Assembly (NCBI GenBank): GCA_035464715.1
Contig: DATHRY010000059.1
Location: forward strand, 1,823 to 65,822
Direction of reading: 5' to 3'
DNA length: 64,000 nucleotides
From: Longimicrobiales bacterium
GTDB taxonomy: Bacteria; Gemmatimonadota; Gemmatimonadetes; Longimicrobiales; Gaopeijiaceae
Shown here: positions 54,943-63,402 of the stretch, one piece after another
How positions within the stretch are numbered: position 1 is the first letter of the stretch
Layout of the letters: each line of letters opens with the position of its first letter
Position numbers and translations under genes: made by a program
The notes under the pieces: generated by a model
Told to the model about the DNA's origin: nothing
Databases searched by the model: none
What the model saw: only the letters and a program-made list of their open reading frames with translations

Positions 54943-56561
54943 CCCGGTGCGTCCAGCGCCTCCAGCAGCTCCTTCACGGTCTCGTTGCCGGGATTCAGCT
55001 CCAGGGCGCGGTGCCAGAGGAGGCGCGCCACGTCGTGGTCGTCGTCCTCGTCGGCCAGGGTACCGAGGCGCAGATAGACGTCGTCCCCGAGCCGCGGATC
55101 GATCTTCACCGCCTTCTCGTACTGTACGCGCGCCCGCTCCATCTCTCCTCCACGATAGGCCTGGTCCCCCAGGGACTTGTGGGCCTGGGCGGGCGCGGGC
55201 GTCTGGCGCGTGGCCCGCTCGTGCAGGGCCGCCGCCGCCTCGTGCTCCCCGCGGCGCTCGAGCACCGCCCCGGTGTTCACCAGGAGGGGACCCGATTCGG
55301 GATAGTGCTTGAGGCCCTCCCGCCCGACGGACACCGCGTAGTCCAGCTCGCCCGCGATGCCCGCGGCCAGGACCGTGTAGGCGTAGTACACCTCCGAAGG
55401 GGTTCCGAGGTCCGGGGAGGTCCGGTAGGCCCGCAGGTGCTCCAGAGCCTTCTTCACGTCCCCACGCCGGAGCAGGATGATCCCCTTGGCCAGGTGGACC
55501 TCCCGATCCCCGGGGCGCACACGTCCCGCCTGGTCCAGCACCTTGAGGGCCTCGTCGAAGCGCCGGAGCGCCTCAAGTGCCAGGGCCCGGTTCCTCAGCA
55601 CCGAGTAGCGCTGTCCAGCCTCGTCCCGGATCCGATCCCACAGATCCAGTGCCTCGGAGGGCCGGCGTGACTTGAAGGCGATGAGCCCCAGCCGGAACAG
55701 GCTGCTCGCGTTGCGGGGATCCCGCTCCAGAACCGACTGGAACTCCCGGGCGGCGTCCTCGAACATACCCGACCGGTAGAAGGCCACCCCGAGGTTCAGG
55801 CGCTCCCGGATGGCCTGGTCCACGGGCGCGGACCCCGCCACCTCCGAGCGACGGCCCGCCCGCTGGAGGAACCCGGCCTGGATGAGCCCATAGAGCGCCT
55901 TCCCCACTTCGAACTCCACCAATCCCGATTCGGTCACCACGTCGTCGACGGTCCGCTGTCCGTCCACCAGCGGGAGGATGCGCACCTGGTGCTTGGTGAG
56001 CTCCACCTCGTCCGACTCGTCGGGACGGCGCACCACCTCGAAGACCACGTCCATCGAGGGGATCTTCCTCTCGATCAGCCCCCACTCGTCCACCCGCCGC
56101 GCACCTTCCAGCAGGAGGTTCTCGGCAGGGATGTCCACCAGGTAGAGGTCCTCCTCGTCCGGCACCTGGTCGGGGTCGAAGTGGAACGAGCCCTGGGACC
56201 AGGTGAAGAGGTGATAGACCGCCTCCTCGATCTGGATGGAGACGTACTTCCGCAGGTCCTCCTCGGAGAGGGCGCCCTGGTCCACGAGGATCTGTCCGAG
56301 GCGGGACCCGCGATCCCGGGCCTGGGTCTCCATCGCCGCCGAGAGATCCGAGCGGGATACGACGTGGTTCCGCACCAGGAGCTCGCCGAGGCGATCGGGG
56401 CGGTTCAACACCGCCGAGTAGATGACCCGGCCGTCCCGGAAGTACACGTAGCCGAAGTTGGACCGGTCGGTGATGCTCAGACAGCCGGTCTTCCGGCCCA
56501 TGGCCAGGAGCTGGCAGATGTCCGCCAGGCCGACGTCCTGTAGGGCGCCCTCGATGGCCAT
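54939..56561 (-). CDS. DUF4388 (PATAN) domain, tandem MshEN-like motif, and TPR-repeat protein
   Basis: N-terminus GALQDVGLADICQLLAMGRKTGCLSI....GYVYFRDGRVIYS matches the DUF4388 pattern. Residues 57-110 carry two RLGxxLVxx(G)xxxxxxLxxxxxxQ repeats. The C-terminal 270 aa are TPR-like. Confidence 0.7.
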   Translation of the reverse strand: MAIEGALQDVGLADICQLLAMGRKTGCLSITDRSNFGYVYFRDGRVIYSAVLNRPDRLGELLVRNHVVSRSDLSAAMETQARDRGSRLGQILVDQGALSEEDLRKYVSIQIEEAVYHLFTWSQGSFHFDPDQVPDEEDLYLVDIPAENLLLEGARRVDEWGLIERKIPSMDVVFEVVRRPDESDEVELTKHQVRILPLVDGQRTVDDVVTESGLVEFEVGKALYGLIQAGFLQRAGRRSEVAGSAPVDQAIRERLNLGVAFYRSGMFEDAAREFQSVLERDPRNASSLFRLGLIAFKSRRPSEALDLWDRIRDEAGQRYSVLRNRALALEALRRFDEALKVLDQAGRVRPGDREVHLAKGIILLRRGDVKKALEHLRAYRTSPDLGTPSEVYYAYTVLAAGIAGELDYAVSVGREGLKHYPESGPLLVNTGAVLERRGEHEAAAALHERATRQTPAPAQAHKSLGDQAYRGGEMERARVQYEKAVKIDPRLGDDVYLRLGTLADEDDDHDVARLLWHRALELNPGNETVKELLEALDAPG

Positions 56562-58433
56562 CTACTCGAACTCCTCGACCAGTCGAACCTCCATGCGGGG
56601 CCATGCCCACACGACGTTCTCCGGAGAGGGACGCCAGCGGCCGGCGGCGGTGGCTCCGGTCCCCTTCGGCGTCGGATCCGACGCGGGAGCGTCGACCTCG
56701 GCCCCCTCGACGGCGGGCGCGACGTCCCGGGCGATCCCGGTCCACCCCGAGTCGCGAGCCGGGCCCTCGTCCAGGTACACCTCCTCGAGCTCCAGCACGG
56801 CCGCCCCCTCCGGGAGCGACGACGACTCGGCCTCGAGGACGAGCCCACCCTCGAAACGTGAGCGGAGACGATCGTCGATGTTGTCGATCCGCACCGGGGG
56901 CCGGTTCGCCGTGAGGAGGACCCGCGCGCCTCTTCGCTTCAGGGCCTCGAAGAGGTGGAAGAACTCGTCCTGGGCCCGTTCGGTGTCGGCCAGATCCTGC
57001 GCCCCCTGGACCATGAGGAGGTCCACGGTCCACCAGCGTTCCCGCCACGCGCCGGCGACTCCCTCGGACAGGGCCCGGATGAAGTCCTCCGCGAAACCGG
57101 CCACCGACGTGACCGCCACCGTCGACGATGGGAAGGTCTCCATGAACGTGCGCCCGGCCGCCGCCATGAGGGCGCGGGGGGCCTCGGCCTCGGGGCCCCA
57201 GACGTAGAGGGGGTTGTACTGAGGCTTCTCGGCGGTGACCAGCTGGGCGGCGGACTTGATGGCGAGGGGCGGCATGTGGCCCTCGAGGTCGTCGAGGGTC
57301 GGTCCGGGCGCGAGGCGGGGGAAGGGCCGCATCCGCTCCCGCACGGAGCCGAGGAACGCCTCCGCCTCATCCAGGCGCTCGGGGTCCTTCACCAGTGTCG
57401 CCGCCACGTCGCCCCAGGGGTTCCGGAGCCGCTTGAGCTCCCGGTCGATCTCCCGGAGACGGCCGATCTGCTCCTGGAAACCGGCCAGGCGCTCCTCCCA
57501 GTCCGGCGGCGCCGCCTCCTGGCGCATGAGGCCCCGCAGTTTCCCGGCCGTGAAGCCCTCCGCCTCTGCCTGGTCCGCCACGTCGCGGACCGCCTTCCGC
57601 CAGGGTTCCTCGTGGGCGGCCACCTTCTCGGAGACCGCTCCGGCCACTTCGGTCAGGAAGCTCGCCAGCTCCCGGTCCAGCCCCCGGGGCTCGGTGGAGA
57701 GCCGCGGCGCCTCATCGGGGGGCACGCCGACCAGCTCCGCGATGTCGTCCGGCCCGAGCCTCCGTTCCTCGAGCTCCTGGACCGCCAGCACCCGGTTCAG
57801 CGCCCCACCCAGCTCCCGGACGTTCTTGAAGGGCACCCTCGCGAGCGCCTCCGCCACCCCGGGCTCCAGCTCCTGACCGGAATCCGCCGCTTTCTTGCGG
57901 ATGATTGCCACCCGGGTCTCGAACTCCGGGGGGGCGATGTCCACGATGAGGCCCCCGGAGAACCTGGACACCAGCCGGGCGTCGAGCCCGTTGATCTCCG
58001 CCGGCGGACGATCGCTGGCCAGCACGATCTGCGATCCGGTGTGGGTCAGTCCGTCCAACGTCGCCAGGATCATCTCCTGGGCCTCGGACTGGCCGGCGAG
58101 GAACTGGACGTCGTCCAGTAGGAGGAAGTCCAGGTCCCGGTACCCCTCCCGGAGCTGGTCCCGTTCCCCTCGCTGGAGCGCCGTAGTCAGGTCCTCCAGG
58201 TAGCGTTCCAGCGTCAGGTACCGGACCCGGCCCTCACGCTCGCCCCGCTCCACCTGGTTCGCGATGGCGCCCAGGATGTGCGTCTTGCCCAGTCCCGACG
58301 GGGAGTACAGGAAGAGGGGGTTGTAGCTCGTCCCCGGCGACTCCGCCGCCCTACGCGCAGCCGCCGACGCCAGCCGGTTGGCCGGGCCGACGACGAAGGT
58401 GTCGAAGGTGAAGTTGGGATCGAGCTCCGCCAT
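56562..58433 (-). CDS. Tandem DnaA-domain-III (AAA+) protein lacking DnaA domains I/II and IV
   Basis: The first half aligns along the whole of E. coli DnaA domain III as I recall it (FDTFVVGPANRLA, YNPLFLYSPSGLGKTH, LLLDDVQFL, LASDRPPAEINGLDARLVSRF, NVRELGGALNRV). The second half repeats the scaffold (YNPLYVWGPEAEAPRA, LLMVQGAQDL, LTANRPPVRIDNIDDRLRSRF) without Walker A or Walker B. Confidence 0.8.
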   Translation of the reverse strand: MAELDPNFTFDTFVVGPANRLASAAARRAAESPGTSYNPLFLYSPSGLGKTHILGAIANQVERGEREGRVRYLTLERYLEDLTTALQRGERDQLREGYRDLDFLLLDDVQFLAGQSEAQEMILATLDGLTHTGSQIVLASDRPPAEINGLDARLVSRFSGGLIVDIAPPEFETRVAIIRKKAADSGQELEPGVAEALARVPFKNVRELGGALNRVLAVQELEERRLGPDDIAELVGVPPDEAPRLSTEPRGLDRELASFLTEVAGAVSEKVAAHEEPWRKAVRDVADQAEAEGFTAGKLRGLMRQEAAPPDWEERLAGFQEQIGRLREIDRELKRLRNPWGDVAATLVKDPERLDEAEAFLGSVRERMRPFPRLAPGPTLDDLEGHMPPLAIKSAAQLVTAEKPQYNPLYVWGPEAEAPRALMAAAGRTFMETFPSSTVAVTSVAGFAEDFIRALSEGVAGAWRERWWTVDLLMVQGAQDLADTERAQDEFFHLFEALKRRGARVLLTANRPPVRIDNIDDRLRSRFEGGLVLEAESSSLPEGAAVLELEEVYLDEGPARDSGWTGIARDVAPAVEGAEVDAPASDPTPKGTGATAAGRWRPSPENVVWAWPRMEVRLVEEFE

Positions 58434-58511
58434 TCGCGCTCTGAATCCGGGAGTTCGGGGGGAACTTCAAGTATCGTCCTGAAAGCGGCAGAAATAAAGG
58501 CTGTTGGGCCC

Positions 58512-59495
58512 TCAGCCGGATGCCCCGCGAGCCCACTCCACCACGACCGAGAGCTCCGGGGGAAGCGCTGCCTGGAAGTGCATCCGCTCCCCGCTCACCG
58601 GATGGTCGAAGGCCAGCTCGGCGGCGTGGAGGAACTGTCGTCGGACCCGCCGTTCCAGCTCCGTCGCCCACCGGCGGGCCGCCCCGGAGATCCCTCGGGC
58701 CCCGCCGGCGCCGTACAGGGGGTCGCCCACCACCGGGTGGCCGAGGTGAGCGGTGTGGACGCGGATCTGGTGGGTCCGTCCCGTCTTGAGGGCGACGTCC
58801 AGAAGCTGGGCCGCCGGCCAGTCCTCACGAACCCGGTACCGGGTCACCGCCCGGCGCCCGCCCTCCACGACCGCCATCCGCTTCCGGTTCCGGGGATCCC
58901 GGCCCACGGGCGCGTCGATGGTCCCCTCGGGCTCGGGCATGGTCCCCCATACCAACGCGCGGTAGAGGCGCTTGACCCGGCGCCGTCGCAGGGCGTCGGC
59001 CAGGGCCACGTGCGCCCGATCCGTCTTCGCCACGACCAGGAGCCCCGACGTGTCCCGATCCAGGCGATGCACGATCCCCGGCCGAAGGCGTCCCCCGACG
59101 CCCGAAAGGTCCCGGAGATGGAAGAGGAGGGCGTTGACCAGGGTGCCGTCGGGGTGTCCCGGCGCCGGATGGACCACCATGCCGGCTGCCTTGTCGATCA
59201 CGGCCAGGTCCGCGTCCTCCCACACCACCGTCAGGGGAAGGTCCTGGGGCTCGAGGCCCGTCTCCTCCGGTGGCGGGACCCGGACGTGGAACACCCAACC
59301 TTCTTCGGCCGGCTCGCTCTTGCGGGGAACGCGGCGGTGGCCGGAACCGTCCTCCACCTCGATATCCCCGGCCTGGAGCAGCTTCTGGATGCGTGTCCGG
59401 GAATGGTCGAGGAGCTCGGCCAGCACCGAATCGGTCCGCTCGCCGGCGAGGCGGGGACCCACCGACACCCGCCGGCGGTCCCCTTCCCCGTTCAC
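58512..59495 (-). CDS. rluD: RluA/RluD-family 23S rRNA pseudouridine synthase
   Basis: N-terminal S4-like domain, HRLDRDTSGLLVVAK, and GRTHQIRVH. The GTG start overlaps the ileS stop (GTGA). Confidence 0.85.
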   Translation of the reverse strand: MNGEGDRRRVSVGPRLAGERTDSVLAELLDHSRTRIQKLLQAGDIEVEDGSGHRRVPRKSEPAEEGWVFHVRVPPPEETGLEPQDLPLTVVWEDADLAVIDKAAGMVVHPAPGHPDGTLVNALLFHLRDLSGVGGRLRPGIVHRLDRDTSGLLVVAKTDRAHVALADALRRRRVKRLYRALVWGTMPEPEGTIDAPVGRDPRNRKRMAVVEGGRRAVTRYRVREDWPAAQLLDVALKTGRTHQIRVHTAHLGHPVVGDPLYGAGGARGISGAARRWATELERRVRRQFLHAAELAFDHPVSGERMHFQAALPPELSVVVEWARGASG

Positions 59496-62400
59496 CCCTG
59501 CATCCTCCGCAGCGCCACCGCGGCGGAAAGGCCGTCCAGGTCCACCTCCCGTACCCCCTCCCAATCGCCGCCGTCGTCCGAGGGGGCCACCGTGACGTCG
59601 AGGGCCAGCGTCTCCCCGGCGACGAAGTCACGCCAGGTGTCCGCCGCCATCCGGACCGCCTCGGGGCCGAAGACCCCCAGATGGATCCTGTCCGTGATCT
59701 CGAGCCCCGAGTCCTTCCGGAGTCGCTGGATGCGATTCACCAGCTCCCGGGCCAGCCCCTCCTCCCGGAGCGCATCGTCCAGCTCGGGATCCAGTGCCGC
59801 GGTGTGCCCGTCCTCGCTCTTCACGAGGAGGGCGCCTCTGGCCTCCTCCACCACGTCCAGGTCTCCCTCCTCGAGGTCGCGAGAGGTGCCGTCGACCTCG
59901 ATGGTGACCGTCTCCCCGCCCCTGTACCGGGACAGCTCGTCCTGGCCGAGGCCCCGGATCACCTGGGCGGCGTCGTTCGTCGACTTTCCGAACCGTGGCC
60001 CCAGGGCCCGATAGTTGGGCCGGGCGGACAGGGTCACCAGCCCCTCGGCCGAAGCCAGGAAGGCGACCTCCTTCACATTCAGCTCGTCCCGGACCATCTC
60101 CAGGACCTCCTCCCCGATCTCCCCGCCGGGGACCACCGCGTGGAGCGTCCGCAGGGGCTGGCGCACCCGGATCTGGACCTCTTCCCGGGCCGCCCGCCCC
60201 AAAGACACCAGACGACGGGCCGCCGCCATCTCCCGGTCCAGCTCGGCGTCCCGGTGCCCGGTCCCGTCTGGGAACGGCTGAAGGTGCGCGCTCTCGCCGG
60301 TCAGAGACCGGTGCAGCCAATCCGAAACGAACGGCGTGACCGGCCCGAGGAGGAGCGCCACGGTCCGCAACGCATCCCAGAGGGTCCGGAAAGCCGCCCG
60401 GGCATCGCCGTCGTCGTCGTTGCCCCAGAACCGCGCTCGGCTGCGTCGCACGTACCAGTTCGACAGGTCGTCGACGAAGTCGCCCAGGGCCCGGTAGGCC
60501 CGTGTGAGCTGGTAGGCCTCGAGCTCGTCCACTACCTCACGGGTCACGGCCGTGAGCCGGGAGAGGATCCACCGATCCATCACCGGGCGGTCCGCCGGGT
60601 CCGGGTCCGCCTCCCCCGGCATCCACCCTTCGGTGTTCGCGTAGAGGGTGAAGAACCTGTACGTGTTCGCCAGGGTGTCGAAGAACTTCCGGGACGCCTC
60701 CTCGACCCCTTCGGGATCGAAGCGCTTGGGCACCCAGGGATTCGAGGCCTGGATGAAATACCAGCGGAGCCCGTCGGTGCCGTGAGCCGCCACCGCGTCC
60801 CAGGGATTCACCGTGTTCCCCTTCGACTTGGACATCTTCTGGCCCTCGGCATCCAGGACCAGGTCGTTGACGATCACGTTCCGGTACACGGGCCCCCGCC
60901 CGAGCATGGTGCCGATGGCCATCAGCGAGTAGAACCACCCCCGGGTCTGGTCCAGCCCTTCGCAGATGAAGTCCGCCGGGAAATGGGCCTCGAACTCGTC
61001 CCGGTTCTCGAAGGGATAGTGCCACTGGGCGTAGGGCATGCTCCCGGAGTCGAACCAGACGTCCAGGACGGCCGGGCTCCGACGGAAGGTGCCGCCGCAG
61101 GAGCAGCTCCAGGTGACCTCGTCGATGAACGGCCGGTGCGGGTCGAAGTCCTCGCCCAGGTCCCCCGCCCGCTCGGCGAGCTCGGCGAAGCCGCCGATCC
61201 ACTCCAGGTGGTCGGGATCCCGGTCACAGATCCAGACCGGGAGCGGAGTCCCCCAGTAGCGGTCCCGGGATAGAGCCCAGTCCACGTTCCCCCGGAGCCA
61301 CTCGGCGAACCGCTTCTCGCCCACCTCGGGGGGATGCCAGGCCACCTGCGCGTTGTTCGCCAGCATCTCGTCCTTCAGCGACGAGGTGGCGGCGAACCAG
61401 GAGTCCCTGGCCAGATAGATCAGGGGCGACCCGCAACGCCAGCAGTGGGGATACGAGTGGACCTCGCGTTCCTCCCGGAAGAGCAGCCCGCGCTCCCGCA
61501 GGTTCTCAACCACCAGAGGATCGGCGTCCTTCACGAACCGTCCTCCCACCACCGGGATGTCCGCCTCGAACACGCCCGCGTCGTCGATGGGCCGGAGCAT
61601 CGGCAGATCGTGCCGCTGGCCGGCGGCGTAGTCGTCGGCGCCGAAGGCCGGCGCCATGTGGACGATGCCGGTGCCGTCGTCCGCCGACACGAAGTCCTCG
61701 GCCACCACCGTCCAGGCGTTGCCGGGCTCCTCCGGTGCCGGAACGAGCTCCACCGGCCGCCCGTAGCGGAGCCCCACCAGCTCGGCGCCGCGGAACGCCG
61801 GGCCCGGAGCGACCTCCTCCCCCAGGACGTCCTCCACTCGGCCGGCGGCGAGGATCACCCTCCGCTCACCCGCCAGCACCTCCACGTAGTCCAGCTCGGG
61901 ATGCACCGCCATCCCCACGTTGGCCGGCACGGTCCAGGGCGTGGTGGTCCACACCAGGAGATGCCGTCCGTCCGGGGTCCCGTCCGAGCCGAGGACCGGC
62001 GCCAGGAAGTAGAGGGACGGGTCCTCCACGTCCCGGTACCCCTGGGCCACCTCGTGGGATGAGAGCGCCGTGCCGCAGCGTGGGCAGTACGGGACGCTCT
62101 TGTGCCCCCGGTACAGGAGGTCGCGATCCGCCAGCTCCTTCAGGATGGCCCAGACCGACTCCACGTACTCGGCGTGGAAGGTGACGTAGGGCCGGGAGTA
62201 GTCGAGCCAGTACCCGATCCGTTCGGAGAGCGCCTCCCACTCCTCCTTGTACGTGAAGACCGAGTCCCGACAGGCCTGGTTGAACGCCTCGATCCCCAGC
62301 GCCTCGATCTCCGGCTTGCCGCTGATCCCGAGCTTGGACTCGGCCTCGATCTCCACCGGGAGGCCGTGGGTGTCCCAGCCCGCGATCCGGGTGACCTGCC

Positions 62401-62626
62401 GCCCCTGCATCGTCCGGAAGCGACACACCAGGTCCTTGATCGTCCGGGAGAGGATGTGATGGAGGCCGGGCCGTCCGTTGGCCGTAGGGGGACCCTCGTA
62501 GAATATGAAGGGGTCCCCGTCGACGGTGGCCTCCTGTACGCGGTGGAAGAGATCCTCGGCGCGCCATCGCGCCAGGACCTCCTCCTCCAGGGACACCAGG
62601 GATTCGGGGTACTCGGGATAGGTCAT
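59492..62626 (-). CDS. ileS: Isoleucine--tRNA ligase (long, type-2-like, 1044 aa)
   Basis: PPTANGRPGLHH (HIGH region), GWDTHGLPVE, KMSKSKGN. ATG at 62626. Confidence 0.9.
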   Translation of the reverse strand: MTYPEYPESLVSLEEEVLARWRAEDLFHRVQEATVDGDPFIFYEGPPTANGRPGLHHILSRTIKDLVCRFRTMQGRQVTRIAGWDTHGLPVEIEAESKLGISGKPEIEALGIEAFNQACRDSVFTYKEEWEALSERIGYWLDYSRPYVTFHAEYVESVWAILKELADRDLLYRGHKSVPYCPRCGTALSSHEVAQGYRDVEDPSLYFLAPVLGSDGTPDGRHLLVWTTTPWTVPANVGMAVHPELDYVEVLAGERRVILAAGRVEDVLGEEVAPGPAFRGAELVGLRYGRPVELVPAPEEPGNAWTVVAEDFVSADDGTGIVHMAPAFGADDYAAGQRHDLPMLRPIDDAGVFEADIPVVGGRFVKDADPLVVENLRERGLLFREEREVHSYPHCWRCGSPLIYLARDSWFAATSSLKDEMLANNAQVAWHPPEVGEKRFAEWLRGNVDWALSRDRYWGTPLPVWICDRDPDHLEWIGGFAELAERAGDLGEDFDPHRPFIDEVTWSCSCGGTFRRSPAVLDVWFDSGSMPYAQWHYPFENRDEFEAHFPADFICEGLDQTRGWFYSLMAIGTMLGRGPVYRNVIVNDLVLDAEGQKMSKSKGNTVNPWDAVAAHGTDGLRWYFIQASNPWVPKRFDPEGVEEASRKFFDTLANTYRFFTLYANTEGWMPGEADPDPADRPVMDRWILSRLTAVTREVVDELEAYQLTRAYRALGDFVDDLSNWYVRRSRARFWGNDDDGDARAAFRTLWDALRTVALLLGPVTPFVSDWLHRSLTGESAHLQPFPDGTGHRDAELDREMAAARRLVSLGRAAREEVQIRVRQPLRTLHAVVPGGEIGEEVLEMVRDELNVKEVAFLASAEGLVTLSARPNYRALGPRFGKSTNDAAQVIRGLGQDELSRYRGGETVTIEVDGTSRDLEEGDLDVVEEARGALLVKSEDGHTAALDPELDDALREEGLARELVNRIQRLRKDSGLEITDRIHLGVFGPEAVRMAADTWRDFVAGETLALDVTVAPSDDGGDWEGVREVDLDGLSAAVALRRMQG

Positions 62627-62663
62627 GATCGGGTCGTGCGTGCGGTTCGGGAGGGCCTGGATC

Positions 62664-63374
62664 TCAGTCCCGGGATCCCGGTGGCGGCTTGCGGGGGAAG
62701 TTGGGCATCCACACCGGATCGGGCCCGGGGGCCTCTTCGCCCTCGGTTGCCTCGGCGGCCGGAGCGTCGGCGGCGTCCTCTTTCCTGTCATCGTCCTCCA
62801 CGAGAGACGGGAAGACATCGGTGTCCTCGCCGAGCCCCAGGAGCTCCCGCGCCTCGACCTGCGCCGAGACATCCTCGGCAGGAGAGATGTCCACCCGGCT
62901 CATCCCCTCCAGGGGCTTCCTGCCCTCCTCCACCGCAACGTGGTCCAGCTCCCTCTCCAGGAACTGGCGGTAGGAGCCGAGGAAGCGGAGCCGTCGCCGG
63001 TCCAGCTCATCGATGCCTTCGGTGGCCTGGACAGCCCTCCGCTCGGCCTCGGCGAGGATCTCCCGACCACGGGCCCGGGCTTCCTTGAGGGCGAGCTCGG
63101 CCTCCTTCTGCGCGTTGGCCTGGATCTCGTCCCGGAGCTGTTGGGCCGTGACCAGGGCGTCCTGAACGGCCTGCTCGCGACCCGTCTGGGCCGCGACCTG
63201 TTCCGCCAACCGCTCGGCACGCTCCCGCAGGGTGATGTTCTCCTTGACCAGCTCCTCGAGCCGCTCTGCAACGAGCTCCAGGAAGGCGTCCACCTCCTGG
63301 GAATTGTATCCCCGGACACCCCGGCCGAAGTCCCCGCGCTTCTTTCTGACGTCCAGCGGCGTCAGGTCGATCAT
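62664..63374 (-). CDS. divIVA: DivIVA-domain cell-division/polarity protein
   Basis: MIDLTPLDVRKKRGDFGRGVRGYNSQEVDAFLELV, followed by a long coiled coil. Confidence 0.85.
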   Translation of the reverse strand: MIDLTPLDVRKKRGDFGRGVRGYNSQEVDAFLELVAERLEELVKENITLRERAERLAEQVAAQTGREQAVQDALVTAQQLRDEIQANAQKEAELALKEARARGREILAEAERRAVQATEGIDELDRRRLRFLGSYRQFLERELDHVAVEEGRKPLEGMSRVDISPAEDVSAQVEARELLGLGEDTDVFPSLVEDDDRKEDAADAPAAEATEGEEAPGPDPVWMPNFPRKPPPGSRD

Positions 63375-63402
63375 CGTCCCGTGTCTCCCATGAGTGAGTC
63401 CC

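Noticed and set aside
56562-58511. Possibility that the DnaA-like gene marks oriC.
   Set aside because: No dnaN or rpmH is adjacent. I found no TTATCCACA-like boxes in the flanking 78-bp and neighbouring intergenic regions. The protein lacks the DNA-binding domain IV.
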